From: Collodictyon triciliatum
Lineage: Eukaryota
DNA: 48,127 nucleotides
Assembly: GCA_043381765.1 (NCBI GenBank)
Contig: JBHJMP010000644.1
Span: forward strand, 1-48,127
Reading direction: 5' to 3'
Part shown: piece by piece, positions 39,881 to 48,127 of the stretch
How the letters are laid out: each line of letters begins with the position of its first letter
How positions within the stretch are numbered: the stretch's first letter is position 1
Notes under the pieces: model-generated
What the model saw: only the letters and a program-made list of their open reading frames with translations
What the model was told of the DNA's origin: nothing
Database searches by the model: none
Made by a program: the position numbers and the translations under genes

Positions 39881-42800
39881 GTGTGTGCAATTAGAAACTC
39901 CCTTGTGTAGGTATCTGGCAGAGAGTCTGAGCGAGAAAGAACGCAGCAAGGCCGGCAGATTCTGAACACGCTCGATCCAGCCCTCCAACAGAAGGACTTT
40001 GACTCTGCTGCGTATGTGCTATCGCACTTGGAGAAAGTAGCTGGCCATGTAGTGTTTCTTTCGTTTCATATTTCCCTCCTATCATTCCTCCCTATTTTTT
40101 TCCAGTCAATTGTTTTTATATAACCTCTTTTTATTTTTTTATCTTCCTCCCTCCCTCCATTCGTTGTTGTAACAAATTTAGACTAAATAATTATACCCTT
40201 ACAATAGCACATTTACTTTTTATTTATCAATTTGTTCATTTTTATTCTTACATCATACTTCTTTGGGGAATTGTTATATTTTACCTGCAACTTTAGCATT
40301 CTACCTGTTGAAATCCTTTTATTGTTACCTTTTCTATGATGATACATGGAAACTTGGTAGCATATTTTCAATCTCCCATCTATTCTGCATGTTCCTTTTG
40401 CATTCAAAAAATGTGACATTTTATCAAAGAGTGATGTGATTGCCTATTTATGCAACACTCAAAAGCTGCGTATTCAGAAGCATTAACACACAAACTCACT
40501 CTCAATGTCCCCTTGTAAATCTAGCAGCAACTATCTGCTGATGCAATCGAAGAACTCATGGCTCAACAAAGCGAGACCCTGGATATTGTGATGGGAGAGT
40601 TGTCATCAAAAATCATCGATAGTTATGAAGATGTCGGTCTGTACCAATCTAATGAGTCTATTTTCAACTTTTTTTCTTTTTTTTTTTTACTGCAAATACC
40701 ATGAACATGACCTAAAATATAAGACGGACTATACATTCAAATTCATGTGCGTACAAGCCAGAATGATCAGAGTAAAACCAATAGACAAGACTCAGTCTAA
40801 ATAATTCATAGTTAAGGGAATCACGCAGATTCAGCACCTAGGCACTGACATGCAGACAGCTGTAGATTTGTCAAAGGGAACTCGCTCAAAACTCTCTGTT
40901 ATTGAATCTGGTCCGATGAAGGACTACGCTCGAATCCTTACGCAGTACCGGAAACAACAGATTCTCACAGTATGTAAAGTATACGATGCCCCCTTTCTTT
41001 AATAAATACACGCACATATTTATGTTTATAATTTAAAGATATTATTTTCCAAAATTAAATATGCATGAGTATACTATGAATCTTCTTGCAATAGCTGAAA
41101 GGGAGATTATAAAAAAAATGCAAATGTTCTTTGTTGGTTGATGCCAGCGGAAAAACATAAACCAAAACAAAGAAAAGCAAACATTTAATCAAGAAAAAAT
41201 CAAGAAAAAAGAAAGTAAAAAGAAAGTAAAAAGAAAGTAAAAAGAAAGTAAAAAGAAAGTAAAAAGAAAGTAAAAAGAAAGTAAAAAGAAAGTAAAAAGA
41301 AAGTAAAAAGAAAGTAAAAAGAAAGTAAAAAGAAAGTAAAAAGAAAGTAAAAAGAAAGTAAAAAGAAAGTAAAAAGAAAGTAAAAAGAAAGTAAAAAGAA
41401 AGAAATAGAAAGAAAAAATGAAGAAAAATAAAGAAAAACAAATGAATAACTCAAGCATCATGAATCGCCCGCATATTCAAGATTCTATTACATCGCTTTT
41501 CTCAGTAGATGTATTTACTATTCGCTATATTATAGAAAATAATTGATGAGCTTGAGGTGATTCAGCTGGCATATAGCATCGAAGTTCGAATCAGCGAGGA
41601 GATGACATCTGGGAATTATGAACAGGTTTTCTTCTGTCTTTTCTACTCCTTCCCTCACCACCAACTTTTCTCCATTCTACACTTGATATGAATTCTTCAC
41701 TTTACCTCCTATTGTGGTCCTCATTAATTTTTTCACAAAAGCCAATTCGAAACATCTTAAATTCCAAATTTTTTTACGAGTAATATTATTTTAAGTAAAT
41801 ATTTATCACATCATGCTCATATATCCATTCACTATATGAATAATTGGATACAGGCCATCTCTCTGATCCAATCGTTTCAAAGTTCTCTTGAGGTTCTCGA
41901 CAAGTACCAGGCGACAAAATTAATATCCAACAAATTAAATGTACCTTCTTTATTTGAATAACATGTTTCGTCTTACCACATATACTTATCTAATCATTCA
42001 AAATCATTTACGTCAGCCTCGAATTCATACTAAACTGCTGTATACAAATGAAGGAAACTAACAGCATGATTGAGAATTCTTTGAGGGAAGCTCTGGCTCG
42101 CATCTGCAAAATATTTGAAAAATCTAGCTATGAGAAGGTTTATTACAGGTAATATTTTCTTAATTTGAAACGGACCATAGTTTTCACTCAAGAACATTAA
42201 ATTTTATGTTGCATATTCCAAAGCTACAAAGCTCTTGGTCTCCTTCCGGAGTTTGTAAGAACTGTGCAACAATTGGCCTTGGAAGTTGTTGAAAAAGTGG
42301 CCCATGAATCCGTTTATTATTTCGTCTTAAATACAGTGCAAACACCAGAAGAAGCGGATGTACTGAAAAGGTTGAATATATCTTCCTTCACAAAAACAAT
42401 TCCTTTTTTATTTATTTATTTTCTTCATGCCCTCTTTATAATCAACTGACAAACCATTTGACTCATTACTATTCTAACACTTATGGGCACAAATCCGACA
42501 TAATATTAGGTCACCCTTCGAAAGTCTGTGCCCAAACATTCCGCTGGCTACTTTTACTAGATGTTTTCTGCAGCTATTGGGAGCCTTCTTGGATTTGATG
42601 CACAGTTTCAATTCCATTCTCCATTGGCATAAAACACACGAGTAATTGGATTGTTTGCTTTCAAGATATAATATTGTTTCATATTTGGGATATTTCTTTA
42701 TAAATTGAATAAATTGCTACAAAAGATCAAAAAAATATTATTTTTATGCGCAGATCTGACGAAGAGGGAGAGCTTCAGATATTCGAGCTTATCAGAACAT

Positions 42801-45530
42801 CTATTCCTTTAATATGGGATGACATGCAAAGAAAAGTATCATCCATCCTCACAAAAGCGCAGCATAGAGTTCGTTCTATCCAAGTAACGGCTTCACACCT
42901 TTCTCCATTATTTTTCTTACATATGGTTTCTTAATCTGAATTTCATGTTTCATGTGTAATCAAACGATTCATGAATGGCTAACTTTTTATAGCAAATTTT
43001 CATCAATTTTTTATTATTAAAATAAACTCTAAATTGTTCGTATTATTATGCATATTTAGGTCGAAGAATACTTACAAATATTTAATGGGATGAACCTAGT
43101 GAGTATTAATCGAAGAAATCCAAGAAGTTTGAACCTGTCTCCCAGCTTTATTTTTGATGTTAACTTCGTTTTTTTTTGATATAGACAGCAAATTATTGTT
43201 TACATTCTCACCTATTTCACATGTTGTTCCATAGTTCATTGAGTTTGGAAAGGAATTCAGTGGGAGCTCAGTCCCTCTGCTATCATCAGCTTATTCACAC
43301 ACAAAAGATTATTTCGATTCATTTCACAGACAAAATATAGAGGTATTCTGTTTGACAAAATTAAATCACAGTATACACCATCCAGAATCGATCAATTGAT
43401 GCTGATATTGCCCTTTTGCATTTTTTTTTTGAAAAAAAAAAAGCTTATTCGCACTTTGCTCGACAACGAATTCTGGCATCGCTGCCCTGTGCCGTTGAAC
43501 TACAGTTACAAAGGTTGGTGGCTTGTATTTGTAATAAGGGATATTTTGATTCTCATGAGTATGTCAAATATATGGCCCGTATGTTCTCGATGTATCCCCA
43601 TTTTTATGCCCTGCCTTTACCATACACATTTGACTGATATTCCTATATTTTTCCTTTGGTTAACGTTTCATTTTTGAAAGATATACATGAAGTTGCATCA
43701 TTTTTACTTCAAAAGAAAGAGGAGGCTACTGAAGATGATACACAAAAACCGTCTCTATTTTCTCAATATGAAGTGACTGGAAATCCTTTTCTCAAGAGAA
43801 AGAAGCCAGGGCATAATAAACAACCAGATCAAGTAGTTTTTTTTTTTTATAGCTTTTCATACAAATAATATTATACCATAATTACAATTCTCACTCTTTT
43901 TCCAAGAAAAATGCGAAAGTATAAATGGATCTAAAAAATAACATCAGGTTGTCGTAAAGGATGAGGCTACTTCAGTTGGAGGACATGAAATACAATCACC
44001 TCATAAAACTGAATGTATCTTTTGTCTCGCCACAATTTGTATTTTATGAGTATCACTTACATGGTATTTTCGTTATTGTTATTAATATTAATATTATTAT
44101 TGTTATTATTTTTAGTGAGCCCTGTCAAAGAAAAGAAAGCCTCAGCCGATTTCTCAAGTAATGGGCGATACATAACATCGACAGCAAACACATTCGCGAA
44201 AATTCTTGGTCGATATTTCCAGTTGATGAAAACCTTCCCTCATATCTCACACGATATTGCGAATGGAATCACGAGCCTTGTTTACTTATTCGTAATGCAT
44301 CATCCTTGATCTAAATATTCTGTTATAGTAGCTTATTTCTACATGTAGATGAAACCCTTAATACTTTGGATTCCGTTTCTTCTCTAATATTTTTTCCTAC
44401 AAAATTGTAAAGGGATACTCTATTTACTCAGTATTTGTTCCAATATCAGAAGCTCCAGGACCAGGTTCATAATCTACAGTATATATTACGAGTTCCTTTC
44501 TTTAAACAATAAAAAAACATCTGTTCCAAAAGGATTACGGAAACTTGATGATTTTATTTCATAATGCAGTCATCAGCGTGCCCCTGGCATCCTCCTTGCA
44601 ATACATATATGAGCAACTTTCCACTCAGCCGTGGTGGAAGCCACTCGAGGGGAAAACTGGGATACTGGGTTCGTTTTATACAAACGCATATTCTATCTTG
44701 ACACACTTTCCTATTTTTCTCCTGTGTAGTTCTGTAAGTTAAGCCAACATGCAGACAATGTATTTTCCCCCTTTATTCATTCAAAGAACATGTATACCAA
44801 ATTTAATTTGTGTCTTCTTGGAAAAGAACAATTGTGGAGTTGCATCCTTATAATTATTCGGATTAAAAAATACTCTGTCATCTGATTTTTCATATCAATG
44901 ATATTTAGATGAAGAAAGTGAAAGGCTCCCAAAGCAAATGCAAATAAATTCGAGACCCACACCCCTAACACCTTTAAGTAACCAGAGTATCCTGGAAAGA
45001 ATTGCTGGAGCAGAATCGCTTCCCTTTATTCTTGAAATTCTCGAGGAATCGCGTCGTCCCATTGAAGTAAATAATTCGCACACATATTCTCTTTGATTTT
45101 CTTATCCAACAAATCGCATTTTTTTTTTGGATTTCTTAAGAATAACAACAATATAGGCTCTACTTCCCGTATCAAAACTAACCTGGGCAGGCATGTTCTA
45201 TAAGAACATAAACACTCTATACGGAGGTCTTCGTGAGCATATTTACAGAATTCTCGCACATCAACTAGTGAATGTACAAACTATTTTTTTTTATTTTGCA
45301 TTTAATGTCTGAATAAGTCATTTATGGGTGTGTATGATTAGACCAATAATTATTTAATTTTTTTTGTACAAAAAATTGAAGAAAAATTGAAAATGCATTA
45401 TTTTCAAAAAAATAAAATAATAATTATGTTTTCATCAACCCCTGATTAGCTTGACAACTACGCAAATCTTATACAAGTATGCAAGTGGGATATTCAAGAA
45501 TTCGACAACACAAATTCTTATGTTGGTATC
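39606..45530 (+). CDS. VPS50: VPS50 / syndetin (EARP complex subunit, CCDC132)-like; many exons, 3' end in or after the N gap
   Basis: Exons read DFDSAAYVLSHL, LDIVMGELSSKIIDSY, VKGITQIQHL...ILTQYRKQQIL, IWDDMQRKVS, YFDSFHRQNIELIRTLLDNEFWHRCPV and ERIAGAESL, matching the layout I recall for VPS50. In-frame ATGs at 39465 and 39513 are alternative starts. Confidence 0.82.
39785..39886. repeat. (GTGTAT)n microsatellite in VPS50 intron 1
   Basis: Pure hexamer tandem. Confidence 0.97.
41208..41400. repeat. 10-bp minisatellite (AAAAAGAAAGT-type unit) in VPS50 intron
   Basis: Homogeneous tandem of AAAAAGAAAGT-like units, about 190 bp. Confidence 0.95.
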
Positions 45531-45552
45531 CAGATGATTTTTTTTAAATATG

Positions 45553-45940
45553 NNNNNNNNNNNNNNNNNNNNNNNNNNNNNNNNNNNNNNNNNNNNNNNN
45601 NNNNNNNNNNNNNNNNNNNNNNNNNNNNNNNNNNNNNNNNNNNNNNNNNNNNNNNNNNNNNNNNNNNNNNNNNNNNNNNNNNNNNNNNNNNNNNNNNNNN
45701 NNNNNNNNNNNNNNNNNNNNNNNNNNNNNNNNNNNNNNNNNNNNNNNNNNNNNNNNNNNNNNNNNNNNNNNNNNNNNNNNNNNNNNNNNNNNNNNNNNNN
45801 NNNNNNNNNNNNNNNNNNNNNNNNNNNNNNNNNNNNNNNNNNNNNNNNNNNNNNNNNNNNNNNNNNNNNNNNNNNNNNNNNNNNNNNNNNNNNNNNNNNN
45901 NNNNNNNNNNNNNNNNNNNNNNNNNNNNNNNNNNNNNNNN
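45553..45940. other. Assembly gap
   Basis: Run of N. Confidence 1.
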
Positions 45941-47150
45941 AAGTACGCACATGGCTGTTAATTCAAGAATAGAATCCGATAAGACCTTTCAAACATCTAT
46001 ATCATACAAGTTTTACATCCTATTTCATTGCACAGGATGCGTCTTATGAGTGGACAACGGGTCACTTTCCTTACGTTTCTTGCTGGGCAACTCAGACAGA
46101 AAGCGATATATCGTTGCTTGTATGATATTCACGAAAGTGACGCTTGACCGTCCCCTGGTTTCAGAACCATGCGTATTTGGCAGTGGACTTCGCCTAACCA
46201 GTGTATGGCTAAGCGTTTGTGGTTTTAGAAACGTACGCTTCTGCTTGCTCGGACTGTCATTGGTATGTGAAGTTTCTAAGCTCGGATTCGACTTGTGGTA
46301 TTTGCTCTTGCTCCTTGGTTCTCGGTGCAACGGGCTGGGGTGGGATAAACGAACTATCCTTGGTGGGCGCTGATTCTTGTGATGCCTTCGCTTTGGAGTA
46401 TCGTTTCGGATATGTAACAATGGCTGCCTTGATACTCAAGTAAATGAGGCACGGAATGATGGAGTGTCTTTGGTTACTTTCATGTGGCAACTCAATTTAA
46501 AATCTAAAAAGAAAAAAAAAACCAAAGTTGAAAAGACATTCCCAGCGTGACATAAAGGAATGATTAGATTATGGAGGAATATAAATTACAGGTGTTTTTT
46601 CCAGTAAAGGTTGCACTGAAGGCGAAAGCTTCCAGAGGCTTCTTGGATACCTTTGACCCAATAAGGCCCACATGTCATCCTGTCAGCCACCTCGCCAAAG
46701 GGACTTCACCTAATGCGTTTCGTATTTGCTTCGCCATTGCCGGCTGGGATTTAACAGGACATAAAAATAACGCACGTCTAGCTTGAGGAACACACAAATA
46801 GGTGTTCGGTTTGACAGAAGACAGAAGATTGAAGAGGCAAGATATTTCCTTATGAAATCTGAACGATAAGTGGATTGCTTTGCCGAGCACCATGCGTGAC
46901 ATATCTCTGTTTTCTCAATGAATTAACCTATCAACAACAAACCAACTGTAACTGCAAAAAAAGAGTGACGAGAATCTTTAAAACCCACAATCTAAATAAC
47001 CATTATGTATTTTTCATCACCCTGCCTCAACCTTGTCAGAGCATCTTGGAGATGATTTCTCAACCCAGCACGCCAATAATAATGCATCATCAAGATTGCT
47101 TTATTTTCTTTCAACTTACCCCGCTTCTATCCCATATAAAAAGCAGCCAT

Positions 47151-48072
47151 ATGGCCGTTGACACCAGCGTTTCATTCCACTCCTATGCCGCTTGAGTGCT
47201 GGAGCAGCTCTTGAGCCATGGACATATCATCCTGCATCCTTGGCCCGCGCAACTTTGAGTTCAAAATCAGCCACTGTAGATTCTGCGGTCGGGTGAGTGA
47301 CGTTTGAAAAAAATACACAGAGGCTGCAGCAGGTTGTAAAGCTCAGCTTGTGATGAGAAGCAACGCCGCGCCGTAGACTCTGATGTTGTTGCTCCGCTTA
47401 TCCGTATTATTCACAACCTTACAGATATCCATACCATCGATAACGGCTGGAAGAGGTCGGTCTATATTATGGTGGTTGGACATGAGGTTATCAGCGAGGT
47501 TGTTGCCACAGGTCACAACATGACGAACCTGATGTCAAGTCTCATAAAAAAGATGCCTCATCATGTAAAGCTTTGCATGTTACGTAGTCTTGCGCTCACC
47601 TCTCATCAATATCGACCTTCCTTCAGTGTAGGAGACCGAGTGGGCGTGGGCGCTCAGTGTTTTGCCTGTCTGAAGCCCGATTTTTATGAGTGCAACTGCA
47701 AGGATAACCAATGGTACCCAAAGAAAGTCTTCACCTACAATATACCCTACGCTGACGGTGAGCTCTCAAGGGGCGGATATGCTGACCGCATCCGTCTCTT
47801 GTCCGACTTCGCCTTCCTCATCCCAGAGAGTATCCCTTCTGATGTTGCTGCTCCTCTTCTATGCACTGGAATCACAGTTTCCACTGCCCGGAGGCAGTAG
47901 ACATCATTTAGACTCACAGATGCCTAAGTTATATAATTTCTTGATACAAGAAACGAAGCGCTATATTTTTACGTTTTTTTTTCTATAAGCAGCGACCGTG
48001 CAAGCAACGGAATCAAGGTGGGAATCATTAGTATCGGAGGACATGGGCATTTGGGAATTCAGTTTGCCAAGG
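47151..48072 (+). pseudogene. Zinc-dependent NADPH alcohol dehydrogenase (cinnamyl-ADH/ADH6-like), probably pseudogenised; runs off right edge
   Basis: Motifs IHTIDNGW...VVGHEV, GDRVGVGAQ, GGYAD, AAPLLCTGITV, IGGHGHLGIQFAK. The start frame stops at 47193-47195 and two frame changes are needed to read LEPWTYHP then LGPRNFEFKISHC. Structural-zinc cysteines are partly replaced (CLKPDFYEC...QWYP). Confidence 0.78.
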
Positions 48073-48127
48073 TTTGTTTTCACTATGATATTTATGTTAC
48101 AAAATAAAATACCTTCACGGCACACAC

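Noticed and set aside
41055-41461. FLLSFYFLFT ORFs and possible CRISPR-like periodicity
   Set aside because: Homogeneous minisatellite with no unique spacers, in a eukaryotic intron.

Overview
Gene-dense, intron-rich eukaryotic nuclear DNA from a protist-like genome (taxon not determinable here). It uses the standard code, with short GT-AG introns, many microsatellites and three N gaps. About 11 spliced loci were read by hand: GMPPA-type mannose-1-phosphate guanylyltransferase (runs off the left edge); a large LRR-ankyrin-(pseudo)kinase-coiled-coil-PH protein; a Caprin-like protein; a BRSK/SAD kinase; SmD1; ALDH7A1; hexokinase; a DDI1-like aspartic protease; a CUE/UBA low-complexity protein (Def1/UBAP2L-like); VPS50/syndetin; and a frameshifted Zn-alcohol dehydrogenase pseudogene. 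No tRNA, rRNA, CRISPR or transposase was recognised. The two most notable signals are (1) two GC-rich islands whose G-versus-C skew flips in the middle regardless of gene strand, visible even at synonymous codon positions, and (2) the unusual multidomain pseudokinase. All family calls come from motif recognition without database searches, and exon boundaries are manual predictions.
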